From positions 1 through 64,000 of the forward strand of contig NZ_JMCB01000014.1 in NCBI RefSeq assembly GCF_000737315.1: a DNA stretch of 64,000 bases, given 5' to 3'. A program made the translations under genes and the position numbers. This DNA comes from Hyalangium minutum (GTDB taxonomy: Bacteria > Myxococcota > Myxococcia > Myxococcales > Myxococcaceae). This document shows positions 28,100 through 38,397 of the stretch, piece by piece. The first letter of the stretch is position 1. Each line of letters opens with the position of its first letter. The notes beneath the pieces were generated by a model that made no database searches, had not been told where the DNA came from, and worked only from the letters and a program-made list of their open reading frames with translations.

Positions 28100-31000
28100 A
28101 TGAGGCAGGGGTGGGGCGGAGTGCGGGTGCTCGGACTGGCGGTGCTGGCAGCCGTGGTATCGGCGTGCCACGAACCCGGGAACACCCGCTCGGTGCAGGC
28201 CGCCGCGGTCGTTGACAGGGAGCAGCTCGACTTCGGCGAGGTGCCTGTCGGCGAGTGGCGAGAACAACAGGTGCTGATCCGGAACGTCGGCTACGTCCCG
28301 TTCACGGCGCTCGAGGCGCTGAAGCTGGGCGATAACCCCTCGTACCAAGTGGAGCTGGTCGAGGGCGGCCGGGTGGAGCCGGGCGAATCCAAGGTGGTGA
28401 AGGTGCGCTTCCATCCGCTGCGCGAAGAGCCCAGCGAGACGCAGTTGCGAGTGGCCACGGATGCCAACACCGGCCGCGAGCACACCGTCACCGTGCGAGG
28501 CCAGGGCGCGCCAACGCCCGTCCAAATCAATCCTCCCGTGATCGACTTCGAGACGCTCGAGGTGGACAGCGATCGCACGCTGGCGCTGACGATCACCAAC
28601 CCGGTGGACCTGCCGCTGACGGTAACGGTGGGCGGAGACCAGGCGGACCCGTTCTCGACGGACGTCGTCACCATCCCGCCCTTCAGCACGCAGCAGGTGC
28701 GCGCCAAGTACCTGCCGCGCGCGCTGGGCCGCATGGGGGCGAAGGTGGAGGTGCGCTCGTGCGAGGGGTGCACGCCGTCCACGGCGGATCTGGTGGGCAA
28801 CTCGGTGGAGAGCGCCTTCGTCTTCGAGCCCACGCCGGTGCCCTTCGCGCCCATCCCCGTGCACGAGACCACGGAGAGCCCCGCGATGCTGCGCAACATC
28901 ACCTGGCGGCCGGTGACCATCAGCAAGCTGGAGACGACGGACACCTCCTTCTCCGTGCTCAGCAACCTGGCAGGCCAGCGGGCGGAGCCGGGCCAGCTGG
29001 TGCCGATGACGCTGAAGTTCGCGGCGCGCCACGCGGGGCCGGCCACTGCCGACCTGACCGTGCAGTACGAGTCGGACAAGCCGCGCCAGTCCCAGGTGAT
29101 GCTGGACGCTCGCGGCGGAAAGCCCACGCTGGCGGTGACGCCCGCGTCGCTCGACTTCGGCGAGATGCCCGTGGGCGGCAAGCTGGCGCAGACCATCCGC
29201 ATCTCCAACGCGGGCACGAACGGCGACCTGCTCTTCCTGGGCGTGCGAGGCAGTGAGGATGCGGCCCACTTCGGCGTGGGGACGACCAAGCGCGGGACTC
29301 AGGCCTATCCGTGGAGGAGCGGCACGTGGCCCTCCTCGCTCCAGACGGACGGCGTGGCCATCGCGCCGGGCAACGACGCGCTGGAGCTCACCGTCTACTT
29401 CGAGCCCCAGGCGGAGGGCACCTTCCGGGCCCTGCTCACGCTGACCTCCAACGCGCCCTTCACGCCCGAGCGCACCATCGTCCTCACGGGCCGGGCGCGC
29501 TCCAGCGGCCCGTGCGAGTACGAGCTGCGGCCGCAGCCAGTGCTGGACTTCGGCAACGTGCCGCCGGGCCGGGGCGCCGTGCTGGGCATCTACATGCGCA
29601 ACCCGGGCCGGGCCGAGTGCGCGGTGAAGGACATCCACCTGTCTCAGGATGCGGGCGGCGCCTTCTTCATGCCCGGCGGACCGCTCACCGGTGGCGTGAT
29701 GCCCTACGACACGTCCTTCAGCACGCAGGTGGCCTTCCGGCCTCCCACCGCGGGCACCTATTCGGGCGAGCTGAAGATGACGATCAACAACCCGAGCCAG
29801 CCCACGGTGACACTGCCGATCCGCGGCGTCTCCCTGGCGACGTGCTTGGTGGCCGCGCCGAACTACCTGGACTTCGGGCCCATCCGCTATGACTGCTCGG
29901 CGCAGCCGCGCCGCACGCTCATCTCCAACCAGTGCCCCTATCCGGTCACCGTGGACGACGCACACATCGGCACCGGCACCAGCGGCCAGTATCAGATCAC
30001 CGCACCGTTGACCGCGCCGCGCACGCTGGCGCCGGGCGAGGGCTTCGAGCTGGAGGTGACCTATGCCCGCAACGTGTTCGGGCAGCACTACAGCCCGCTC
30101 TACGTGCATGCCGTCAACGAGGTGTCTTCGCTCCTGGTGCCGCTGCTGGCGGAGACGAACCACGAGGGCCTCCAGCTCGACCGCTTCGTGCAGGGCACGG
30201 ACAGCCAGCTCGATGTGCTCTTCGTCGTCTCCAACACCACGACCATGGAGAACTTCCAGCGGCGGCTGAAGGCCGCCATCCCCGGGTGGCTGGCGCGCGC
30301 CCAACAGGAGGGCGTGGACCTGCGCGTGGCTGTCACCACCACGGGCCTCGTCACGCGGGAGCAGCAGTGCAAGAACAGCACGAAGGGCGCCGAGGGCGGA
30401 CGCATCGTTCCGGTGGACGGCAGCCGGGCGCGCGTGGTGAGCAGCTCGACACCGGGGGCCGCCGAGGCCATCCAGGCCAACCTGGACGTGGGCCTGTGCC
30501 ACAACCTGGTGCAGGGCCTGGAGACGACGCGGCAGGCGCTGTCCTCGCCGCTGGTGGACAGCCAGGATGATCCGCGCACCGATCTGCCCAATGACGGCAA
30601 CGCGGGCCTGCTGCGGTCGGCGGCCCGGCTCGCGGTGGTGGTCGTCGCGGACGAGGATGACCACTCGGGCTTCACGACGACCAGCTACCTGCAGTTCCTC
30701 CAGTCCATCAAGGGCCCGGGCATGGCGCACCGCTCGCAGCTCTACGCGCTGGTGCCCACGGATGGGAGCTGCACCACGGCGGGGGACTCGGCGCCCCGGT
30801 TCACCGAGGTGGCCCGGGCCACGGGCGGCGCGGTGGACTCCATCTGCCAGAGCGACTACCAGTCCTTCCTGGCCCAGCTCATCCGCCGCGCCGGCAACCC
30901 GCAGGCGGACTTCCCGCTCACGGCGACGCCCGACGACACCAGCGGGCTGGCCGTCCGCGTGCAGGGACAGGCGGTGGACACGAGCCTCTGGCGGTACGAC

Positions 31001-31108
31001 GCGGCTCGCAACGCCCTGGTGTTCCAGCCCACGGCGATTCCCAAGACGGGGGAGGAGATCGAAGTCCGCTACCGCAGCGTCTGCGCGGCGCCCCCGCCTC
31101 CTCCGTGA
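28100..31108 (+). CDS. Large lipoprotein with tandem ASH/choice-of-anchor-D Ig domains and C-terminal vWA-like domain
   Basis: Lipobox VVSAC. Repeated LDFGxV/IDF starts; DVLFVVSNTTTM; VVVADEDD; GGAVDSIC. Confidence 0.8.
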   Translation: MRQGWGGVRVLGLAVLAAVVSACHEPGNTRSVQAAAVVDREQLDFGEVPVGEWREQQVLIRNVGYVPFTALEALKLGDNPSYQVELVEGGRVEPGESKVVKVRFHPLREEPSETQLRVATDANTGREHTVTVRGQGAPTPVQINPPVIDFETLEVDSDRTLALTITNPVDLPLTVTVGGDQADPFSTDVVTIPPFSTQQVRAKYLPRALGRMGAKVEVRSCEGCTPSTADLVGNSVESAFVFEPTPVPFAPIPVHETTESPAMLRNITWRPVTISKLETTDTSFSVLSNLAGQRAEPGQLVPMTLKFAARHAGPATADLTVQYESDKPRQSQVMLDARGGKPTLAVTPASLDFGEMPVGGKLAQTIRISNAGTNGDLLFLGVRGSEDAAHFGVGTTKRGTQAYPWRSGTWPSSLQTDGVAIAPGNDALELTVYFEPQAEGTFRALLTLTSNAPFTPERTIVLTGRARSSGPCEYELRPQPVLDFGNVPPGRGAVLGIYMRNPGRAECAVKDIHLSQDAGGAFFMPGGPLTGGVMPYDTSFSTQVAFRPPTAGTYSGELKMTINNPSQPTVTLPIRGVSLATCLVAAPNYLDFGPIRYDCSAQPRRTLISNQCPYPVTVDDAHIGTGTSGQYQITAPLTAPRTLAPGEGFELEVTYARNVFGQHYSPLYVHAVNEVSSLLVPLLAETNHEGLQLDRFVQGTDSQLDVLFVVSNTTTMENFQRRLKAAIPGWLARAQQEGVDLRVAVTTTGLVTREQQCKNSTKGAEGGRIVPVDGSRARVVSSSTPGAAEAIQANLDVGLCHNLVQGLETTRQALSSPLVDSQDDPRTDLPNDGNAGLLRSAARLAVVVVADEDDHSGFTTTSYLQFLQSIKGPGMAHRSQLYALVPTDGSCTTAGDSAPRFTEVARATGGAVDSICQSDYQSFLAQLIRRAGNPQADFPLTATPDDTSGLAVRVQGQAVDTSLWRYDAARNALVFQPTAIPKTGEEIEVRYRSVCAAPPPPP

Positions 31109-31250
31109 GCAAGGAGCCGGGGGAGCGGGTGGGACGGGCCGTGAAACCCGTCCCGAACCGGCCGGGAGCCCGGCTCCCCGCTCCCGAGGTGGGAAATCCC
31201 GCGAGACGGGCTTCCTCCCCTCCCCCCGGCGCGGCTATCGTTCCGGGCAC

Positions 31251-32468
31251 GTGGAGACCTTCGGTCGCTATGAGCTCATGAAGAAGCTCGCTGCTGGCGG
31301 GATGGGACAGGTCTACCTCGCCCGCCAGAAGGGGCCCGTGGGCTTCCAGAAGCTGCTCGTCGTGAAGCGGCTGCTGCCCCACCTCTCCGAGGACGATGAG
31401 TTCATCCAGATGTTCCTGGACGAGGCGCGCATCGCCGCGCTCCTCAACCACCCGAACATCGCCCAGATCTACGACTTGGGAGAGGTGGACGGCATCTACT
31501 ACATCGCCATGGAGTACGTGCATGGCGAGGCCATCTCCGAGGTGAACAAGCGCGCCATGCAGCGCCGGGGCTCCATGCCCGTGGGCCTCAAGTGCCGCGT
31601 CATCTCGGACGCCGCCGCCGGTCTTGACGCCGCGCATCATGCGCGCAGCCCCTCGGGCCGGAAGCTGGGGCTGATCCACCGGGACGTGTCCCCGCAGAAC
31701 GTGCTGGTGGGCTTCAACGGCAACGTGAAGATCATCGACTTCGGCGTGGCCAAGGCCGCCGGCAAGCTGTCCCAGACGACGGCGGGTCAGATCAAGGGCA
31801 AGCACGCCTACATGTCCCCGGAGCAGGCCAAGGGCGAGCCGCTGGATCACCGCTCGGACGTGTTCGGCCTGGGCACGGTCTTCTACGAGCTGCTGACCAA
31901 CACGCGCCTGTTCAAGCGCGAGTCGGAGATCGCGACCCTCAAGGCCGTGGTGGGCGCGAAGATCATCCCGCCATCCGAGGTGGTGCCGGGCATCCCCAAG
32001 GCACTGGACGCGGTGGTCCTCAAGGCGTTGGCCCGCAATCGGGACGAGCGCTTCGCCACGGCCGGCGACATGCAGCTGGCCATCGACGACTTCCTCTTCA
32101 AGCAGCAGGAGCCCGGCACCACGGCGCGCCTGGCCGCCTTCATGCGGGAGATCTACGCCGAGGAGCTGGAGGAAGAGTTCTCCACCGAGCCGACGATCAT
32201 CGCCTACGACCCGCGGCTGCCGGCCCGAAAGCCCGTGCCCATTACAGACGCGTCCGCGCCGACGGCCCTGGTGCCCGTGCACAAGGAGAAGGTGCCCCCG
32301 CCCGAGGTGCCCGCTGCCACCTCCACCCCTTCCCCCAAGGCGCCCGGGGCCAGCCCCATTCCCAAGGCGCCCAAGGTCGCTCCGGCGCCCAAGCCCCCGA
32401 GCGACTCCGGCTCGAGGGACGCCGTGGCCAAGAAGACCTCCCGGAGCGGCGGCAAGGGCGACAAGTAG
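31251..32468 (+). CDS. Ser/Thr protein kinase with Pro-rich tail
   Basis: GTG start. LAAGGMGQVY, VVKR, HRDVSPQN, DFGVAK, YMSPEQ, DVFGLG. Confidence 0.92.
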   Translation: METFGRYELMKKLAAGGMGQVYLARQKGPVGFQKLLVVKRLLPHLSEDDEFIQMFLDEARIAALLNHPNIAQIYDLGEVDGIYYIAMEYVHGEAISEVNKRAMQRRGSMPVGLKCRVISDAAAGLDAAHHARSPSGRKLGLIHRDVSPQNVLVGFNGNVKIIDFGVAKAAGKLSQTTAGQIKGKHAYMSPEQAKGEPLDHRSDVFGLGTVFYELLTNTRLFKRESEIATLKAVVGAKIIPPSEVVPGIPKALDAVVLKALARNRDERFATAGDMQLAIDDFLFKQQEPGTTARLAAFMREIYAEELEEEFSTEPTIIAYDPRLPARKPVPITDASAPTALVPVHKEKVPPPEVPAATSTPSPKAPGASPIPKAPKVAPAPKPPSDSGSRDAVAKKTSRSGGKGDK

Positions 32469-32499
32469 CGCCCCGCTGCTCCGCTCCGAAGGCTCCAGC

Positions 32500-33324
32500 T
32501 CAGAGGCTGGCGAGGGCCACGCGGTACAGGGCGCGGTAGCCCATGCGCGGCGCGGGCTCGAAGCGATCCGCGCTGAACACGCTCTTCAACAGCTCCTGGC
32601 CCTCGGGCTTGTCGCCCAGCCCGAGCAGCGTGGACTCCAGCGCGCTCGCCACCGCGGGCGGCACGTTCATCGCCACTGGCACGCCGTCGTTCGGCGCCTC
32701 CTCGGTGTAGGCGATCAACTCGAACTTGTCCCCCGCACGCACCCCCAGCACCTTCTCGATGCCCGCGCTGAAGCTCAGGCCCGTGGAGGCCGGTGGACAG
32801 AACACGCCCGCCACATCCGCGGCTCCGGAGAGCACCTCCTCCAGCGCGCCCCGGTACGAGCTCGTGAAGTGCTGCGCGGTGAAGGTCCGTGCGGGCTCCA
32901 CGCCCTGGGACTTCAGGTACGCCACTGGCAGCAGGTACCCGGCTACCGCGTCCCGGTCCACCCACGCCGCGGTGGTATTCTTCAGCTTCTCGAGGGTCAG
33001 CCGCGCCCCCGCCCGGCACACGAGCGCGGCGCGGTACGAGGACATCCCCAGGCGCACGCCGCGCACCAGCACGCGGATGCCCATGGCCTCGGTGCGCGCG
33101 CACACGAAGGGCGGGGCCCAGGCCGCATCGGCGCGGCCGGAGAGCAGATCCTTGGCCAGCGCCTCGTAGCTGGGCGCCACGCTCACCTCTACGGGCTTAC
33201 CGAGGGCCTCCTGGAGGAAGGCGCCGAGCTTGTCAGCGCGGTCGCGCGCCCCCTCGCTTCCAAGAGAGGGCGGCAGTGCGAAGCGAAACGCGGGACGGGC
33301 AGGAGTGGGAGTATTCACGGACAT
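32500..33324 (-). CDS. PhnD/PtxB-like substrate-binding-fold protein
   Basis: APSYEAL..GRADAAWAPP, AWVDRDAVAGYLLP, PNDGV; no evident signal peptide. Confidence 0.8.
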   Translation of the reverse strand: MSVNTPTPARPAFRFALPPSLGSEGARDRADKLGAFLQEALGKPVEVSVAPSYEALAKDLLSGRADAAWAPPFVCARTEAMGIRVLVRGVRLGMSSYRAALVCRAGARLTLEKLKNTTAAWVDRDAVAGYLLPVAYLKSQGVEPARTFTAQHFTSSYRGALEEVLSGAADVAGVFCPPASTGLSFSAGIEKVLGVRAGDKFELIAYTEEAPNDGVPVAMNVPPAVASALESTLLGLGDKPEGQELLKSVFSADRFEPAPRMGYRALYRVALASL

Positions 33325-33332
33325 ACGCCCAG

Positions 33333-34163
33333 CTAAGCCCCCGCTCCTCGATCGAGGCGTGACACCTCGTCATCCGCCAGCCCGAACGTGGCTTGCAGCA
33401 GCTCGAGGATGCGCTGCTCGTTGGGGCTCACCTTCCCGGTTGCGTGGGCAATCTTCGTGGCCAACCGGTAGGCCTTCAGCCGCTGCGGGTGCGTGGCCAG
33501 CCCGTGGGCCAGCACGTGCAGCCGCTGCGGCAAGCCCTCGGTGGCGAGCGCGGCCACCGCCTCGCTCACGAAGCCCTGGGCGCGCTCGGGGCTCACGTTG
33601 TGGAAGAGCGGATCCGCCGCGAAGCTCTCCACCAGCGCCCGCGCCTCGGCCTCCTTCAGCTTGCCGTCCGCAGCGCTCACCAGCACCATCACCTCCGCGT
33701 ACAGGCGCTCCAGCGGCTCACCGAGCGCCTCGGACAGGCTGCCGCCCTGCTCGATGATGTCGATGATCTGCGCCACCTCGTCCTCGGAGATGCCGAGCGC
33801 GGCCTGGATGGTCTTCAGCAGGCCCAGCTCCATGCGCGTGGCGCGCTGGTCCGCGAAGGCCACCGCCGCCGCCAGCCCGAAGGCCAGCATGCGGTTCTTG
33901 TGGTCCGGCAGCCGCGTGCGCAGCGAGGTGAGGATCTCCTGGAGATCCTTCGCCTGGGACAGGCGCTGGGCGCTGCTCTCCACCAGGGCGTTGAGCTCCT
34001 CGGGCTTGGTGCCCTCGAACTCAGGCCGCTCGATGACGCGGCTGAGCAGCGTGCGGATCTCCAACTGGGAGACGGAGCCGTCGGCCATGGCGGCCAGGAG
34101 CATCGCCTCCACGAGGGCGGCGTTGCGCTGCTTTCGGGCATTCAGGGCCTGTTCTCGAGGCAT
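33333..34163 (-). CDS. Tandem TerB-like domain protein
   Basis: Two copies of xMxLxAxADGxxxxxE ([12 protein letters not shown]; [12 protein letters not shown]). Confidence 0.8.
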   Translation of the reverse strand: MPREQALNARKQRNAALVEAMLLAAMADGSVSQLEIRTLLSRVIERPEFEGTKPEELNALVESSAQRLSQAKDLQEILTSLRTRLPDHKNRMLAFGLAAAVAFADQRATRMELGLLKTIQAALGISEDEVAQIIDIIEQGGSLSEALGEPLERLYAEVMVLVSAADGKLKEAEARALVESFAADPLFHNVSPERAQGFVSEAVAALATEGLPQRLHVLAHGLATHPQRLKAYRLATKIAHATGKVSPNEQRILELLQATFGLADDEVSRLDRGAGA

Positions 34164-34978
34164 GCGCTGGCGCTCCCTTCAGGGGGTTGGGGGTTGACGG
34201 TCTCCTCTTTCGCATCCGGAGACAGAAAATCGAAGAGGTTTCGGTCCAGAAGATGGCTCGGGCGCACGTTGCCCATGGCCGACAGCAGGCTCTGGCGCAC
34301 GTTCGGAATTTCCTTGCCCAAGTCCTCCACCAGCCTCTGCATCCGCTTGCGCTGCAGGTTCTCCTGCGAGCCGCACAAGTCACACGGGATGATGGGGAAC
34401 TGCTTGAGCTCGGCGAACTGGGCGATCTCCTTCTCCGGCGCGTAGCACAGCGGGCGGATGACGGTGTTGCGCCCATCATCGCTGCGCAGCAGTGGCGGCA
34501 TCGCCTTGAGCGAGCCCGCGAAGAAGAGGTTGAGCAGCAGCGTGTGAATCAGATCGTCCCGGTGGTGCCCCAGGGCAATCTTCGTGCAGCCCAGTTCCAC
34601 CGCCGCCGTATAGAGGATGCCCCGGCGCAGGCGCGAGCAGACCGAGCACTGCGTCTTTCCGGGCGGCGTCTTCTCGAGGACGATGCTGTAGGTGTCCTCC
34701 TTGAGCATCTTGTAGGGGTAGCCCTCGCGCTGGAAGTAGCCCTCCAGCTTGTCCGCCGGGAAGCCGGGGTGCCCCTGGTCCAGGTTCACCGCGAGCAGCT
34801 CGAACTTCACGGGCGCGCGCCGCTGCATCTCCCGCAGGAGGTAGAGCAAGGTGTAGGAGTCCTTGCCACCTGACACCCCCACCATGATGCGGTCTCCGTC
34901 CTGGATGAGGCCGTAGTCCGCGATGGCCCTCCCCATGTGACCGAGCAGGTTCTTTTCCAGCCGTTGGATGTCACTCAT
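34142..34978 (-). CDS. ttcA: tRNA 2-thiocytidine(32) synthetase
   Basis: [38 protein letters not shown]. Confidence 0.93.
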   Translation of the reverse strand: MSDIQRLEKNLLGHMGRAIADYGLIQDGDRIMVGVSGGKDSYTLLYLLREMQRRAPVKFELLAVNLDQGHPGFPADKLEGYFQREGYPYKMLKEDTYSIVLEKTPPGKTQCSVCSRLRRGILYTAAVELGCTKIALGHHRDDLIHTLLLNLFFAGSLKAMPPLLRSDDGRNTVIRPLCYAPEKEIAQFAELKQFPIIPCDLCGSQENLQRKRMQRLVEDLGKEIPNVRQSLLSAMGNVRPSHLLDRNLFDFLSPDAKEETVNPQPPEGSASACLENRP

Positions 34979-35056
34979 GGCATGCCCATCCTACAGACGG
35001 CCTGGGAAAAAACACGTCACACGTACACTTCCTCGTCCGCTAGCCTGCCCGCCCCG

Positions 35057-36226
35057 ATGCCGACCTATCCCCAGGGTGCCGTGGATGTCGTCGATGCGCC
35101 CAGTGCCGAGGCGTCCACCCGGACGCTCTTCCAGACCCCCGAGCTCGCCGTGGACCTGGAGGCGGACTCCATGCACGCCTTCCGGGCCCGCCTCTGCTAC
35201 CTCCAGCTGGGCACGGATACAGAGGTCTTTCTCTGGGACACCTTGAAGCCCGGGGTGGACGCTCGCCTGCTTGCCCCCATGATGGCGGACCCGGCGCGGA
35301 CCAAGTTCTTCCACGCGGCGCAGGGGGACCTGCAGTTCCTGGCCGAGGCGGGGGTGCGGGTGCAGGGCCTCTTCGATACCCACCGGGCGGCGACGCTGCT
35401 CGGCTGGCCGAAGGTGGGCCTGGCCGACATTGCCCGGGAGCGGCTGGGGGTGGAGCTGCCCAAGGAGCACCAGCAGTCGGACTTCTCGATACGCCCGCTG
35501 CCGCCGGAGATGCGCGAATACATCGCCAATGACGTGCGCTACCTGTGCGAGCTGGGCCGGCAAGTGCGAGAGGAGTGCCGCAAGGCGGACATTCTGGAGG
35601 AAGTGCTCCTCGACTGCGCGCGCATGTGCGAGGAGGCGGCGGCGCGGCCCGACGTCGGCGCGGACTACAAGCCGAAGCTGCCACGCGCGGGGCTCTCGCC
35701 GGCTCAGCTGCTGCTGGCCAACGCCGTGGCGCAAGCGCTCCACCGTCAGCGCTTGGAGTGGGCGGAGAAGGCCAACGTCCCCATGGGGCGGATGCTCTCC
35801 AACATGGCGATTGCGGACATCGCGGTGAAGCTGCCCACCAACCCTCGGGAGCTGGCGCGGGCCGCGGGCGTGCGCGGGGGCTTCGTTCGCGAGCACGGCG
35901 AAGAGGTGCTCGCCCTGGTGCGCGAGCTGGTGGAAAAGTCTCGCAAGGGCGAACTGAAGCCCGAGCGCGAGGCCCGAGATGGCAGCCGGGACCCGAACCG
36001 GCGCAAGCGCGAGGATGCACTCAAGACGTTCCGCTCGGAGAAGGCCGCCGAGCGCAAGGTGACGCCCTCCGTGGTGCTGCCCAACGCGGTGATGGAGGCG
36101 CTCATCTCCGCTCCGCCGCGCAATCAGGAGGAACTGGGGAAAGTGCCGTGGATGGGAGAGAAGCGGGTGCGCCTCTATGGAGAGGCACTCGTTGCACTGT
36201 TGTCACAGTTTCCCGCTTTGGGGTGA
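35057..36226 (+). CDS. rnd: Ribonuclease D (DEDDy exonuclease + HRDC domains)
   Basis: AVDLEADSMH, FHAAQGD, LFDT, SDFSIRPL, YIANDV; two HRDC-like regions. Confidence 0.88.
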   Translation: MPTYPQGAVDVVDAPSAEASTRTLFQTPELAVDLEADSMHAFRARLCYLQLGTDTEVFLWDTLKPGVDARLLAPMMADPARTKFFHAAQGDLQFLAEAGVRVQGLFDTHRAATLLGWPKVGLADIARERLGVELPKEHQQSDFSIRPLPPEMREYIANDVRYLCELGRQVREECRKADILEEVLLDCARMCEEAAARPDVGADYKPKLPRAGLSPAQLLLANAVAQALHRQRLEWAEKANVPMGRMLSNMAIADIAVKLPTNPRELARAAGVRGGFVREHGEEVLALVRELVEKSRKGELKPEREARDGSRDPNRRKREDALKTFRSEKAAERKVTPSVVLPNAVMEALISAPPRNQEELGKVPWMGEKRVRLYGEALVALLSQFPALG

Positions 36227-36397
36227 GTAGATCCTTCTGTCCACCACCAACAGTCCCCTCACATTCCAGGCTGTCCTTCAGAACGCAGCAGGGGCCCGCG
36301 CGTTGGAGTGCTGGGTGTGAGCCTGCGCGTACCCTTCAACCTGGGGTGGGGGGCAAGCGAGGGCCCATCACGTGAGCATCTACCAGTGATCAAAAGA

Positions 36398-36428
36398 AGT
36401 TGCGACCCAGGTTCTCGGGAGTTGCGAC
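36398..36428. promoter_or_regulatory. Direct repeat AGTTGCGAC x2 (22-bp period)
   Basis: Copies at 36398-36406 and 36420-36428, upstream of the four-helix-bundle gene. Confidence 0.4.
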
Positions 36429-36474
36429 AAAAATGGGCATGCATAGCTTTGGGTCCGCTGTGGAGGTGTCCGGT

Positions 36475-36828
36475 ATGACGGGTGTGAGAGCGGGGATGGC
36501 GAGGTCGGACATTTCTCAGTGCATTACGGCCAGCTTGCGCTGCCAGGCCGCCTGCGAGGCGGGGATGGCGCGGCTGGTGTCCGAGGGCCATCCGGCGGAC
36601 AGCGACAGCGTGCGGCTGCTTCGGCAGTGCGCGGAGCTGTGTGAGCTGAACGCGCGGGCGCTGCAGAAGGACAGCCGGCTGGCGCGGCGGACGGCGAGCA
36701 TCTGCGTGGAGCTGGGCAGCCAGGTGGCGCGCACGGCGTGGCTGGACAGCAACGCGGCGAGCGCGGGGCTGGCGCGGGATGCGCTGTTCATGGCGCGGGC
36801 CTGCCGGCTGCTGCTGTTCGCGACCTGA
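36475..36828 (+). CDS. Four-helix-bundle DUF326/Csp-like protein, Cys-reduced
   Basis: SD GGAGGT. SQCITASLRCQAACE, RQCAELCEL, SICVE, ARACR: 7 Cys in the helical pattern. Confidence 0.6.
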   Translation: MTGVRAGMARSDISQCITASLRCQAACEAGMARLVSEGHPADSDSVRLLRQCAELCELNARALQKDSRLARRTASICVELGSQVARTAWLDSNAASAGLARDALFMARACRLLLFAT

Positions 36829-36837
36829 GCCTGGGGG

Positions 36838-38343
36838 CTACAACGAGACGCCGTACAAAGCGCCGTACTTGCCCCGCAGATACTCCAGGAAGTCCACATC
36901 CGTGAGTCCTCGCCCCGTCACTTGGCGGATGAGCTCCTCCGCGGGCAGGCGGTAGCCCTGCTGGTGCACGTGGGTGCGCAGCCAGTCACGCAGGGGCAGC
37001 AGCGCGCCCCGGCGGAGCTGACCCATGAGATCCGGCAGGGCCCGCTCTGCCGCACGGTAGAGCGAGGCGGAGTACAGGTTCCCCAGGGAGTACGTCGGGA
37101 AGTACCCGAACTCGCCCCAGGCCCAGTGGATGTCCTGCAGTACGCCCTGAGTGTCGTCCGGCGGCGTCACCCCGAGGTAGCGCTGCATCCGCTCGTTCCA
37201 CGCCGCGGGCAAGTCTCCCAGCGGCAGCGAGTCATGGATGAGCAGCAGCTCCAGCTCATAGCGCAGCACGATGTGGAGGTTGTACGTCACCTCGTCCGCC
37301 TCGGTTCGGATGAGCGACGGGCTCACGCGATTCACCGCGCCGTGGAACGCATCCAGGTCCACCCCGGCCAGCGCCTGTGGGAACGCCTTGCTCAGCTCCG
37401 GGTAGAAGTGCTCCCAGAAAGCGCGGCTGCGGCCCACCACGTTCTCCCAGAGCCGGGACTGCGACTCGTGCAGCCCCATGGAGGGCGCGGCCGCCAGGGG
37501 CGTGCGGTAGTGCGCCTCGGCGAAGCCCTGCTCGTAGAGCCCGTGCCCCGCCTCGTGAATGGTGCTGAACAACGCGTTGAGCGGGTTCTCCTCGTCAATG
37601 CGCGTCGTCAACCGCACATCCATCGGGTGCGTGCCGCCGGTGAAAGGGTGAATGCTCCGGTCCTGCCGGCCCGCCTCCATGTCGAAGCCCACCGCCTCCA
37701 GCAGCCGCAGGGAGAACTGCCACTGGGCCTCGCCGTCGAAGCGGCGCCCCTCTTTGAACAAGTCCGGCACCTGCCTCGGCGCGGAGCCCAGCGCGGCCAC
37801 CATGGGAATCAACGCGTCTCGCAGCGCCGTCAACACCGGCGTGAGCCGGGCCACGCGCATGCCGGGCTCGTAGCCTTCGAGGAGCGCGTCGTAGCGCTCG
37901 CCCTCGTGCCCATACGCGTCCGCCTGCTCACGGCGCAGGGCCAGGATGCGCTCCAGCGCCGGCTGGAACACCGAGAATCGCTTCTCCTTCCGGGCCTGCC
38001 TCCAGGCCGCCAGCGCACGGCTCTGGGCCTCGGCCAGCGCCTTCACCAGCGCCTGAGGCACGCGCACGGCCCGGTCCCGCTCCTGCGTCAGCACCCGCAC
38101 CATGGCCCGCTGGTCCGCATCCAGGTCCGTCTGGCCCGCTGCCCAGGCCAGCGCCTCGCCCAGCCACGGGTCCACGAGCCGCTCATGGTGGAGCCCCTGC
38201 AATGTGGCCAGTTGGTGGGCCCGCGCGCTGTCGGCCTTGGCGGGCATGTACGTCTCCTGGTCCCAGGTGGCCAGACCGATGATGCCCTGGAGATCCCGAA
38301 GCTCATTCATCCGGGAGAGCAGCGCGGGGAAGTGGAGTTCCAT
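36838..38343 (-). CDS. Carboxypeptidase Taq (M32)
   Basis: [31 protein letters not shown] (HEXXH), [19 protein letters not shown]. Confidence 0.93.
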   Translation of the reverse strand: MELHFPALLSRMNELRDLQGIIGLATWDQETYMPAKADSARAHQLATLQGLHHERLVDPWLGEALAWAAGQTDLDADQRAMVRVLTQERDRAVRVPQALVKALAEAQSRALAAWRQARKEKRFSVFQPALERILALRREQADAYGHEGERYDALLEGYEPGMRVARLTPVLTALRDALIPMVAALGSAPRQVPDLFKEGRRFDGEAQWQFSLRLLEAVGFDMEAGRQDRSIHPFTGGTHPMDVRLTTRIDEENPLNALFSTIHEAGHGLYEQGFAEAHYRTPLAAAPSMGLHESQSRLWENVVGRSRAFWEHFYPELSKAFPQALAGVDLDAFHGAVNRVSPSLIRTEADEVTYNLHIVLRYELELLLIHDSLPLGDLPAAWNERMQRYLGVTPPDDTQGVLQDIHWAWGEFGYFPTYSLGNLYSASLYRAAERALPDLMGQLRRGALLPLRDWLRTHVHQQGYRLPAEELIRQVTGRGLTDVDFLEYLRGKYGALYGVSL

Positions 38344-38397
38344 GGCCCAAGTTCTAGGCCATCCGAGGCGCCACGGGCAGTGGTACCTTGCCGCATC

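Noticed and set aside
27917-30730. 937-aa minus-strand ORF antisense to the lipoprotein gene
   Set aside because: Shadow frame of a high-GC3 gene: R/H/G/A-rich, no motifs; stop depletion is expected at this GC content.
36434-36448. TGGGCATGCATAGC as a sigma54 promoter
   Set aside because: GG-GC spacing is 9 nt, not the required 10.
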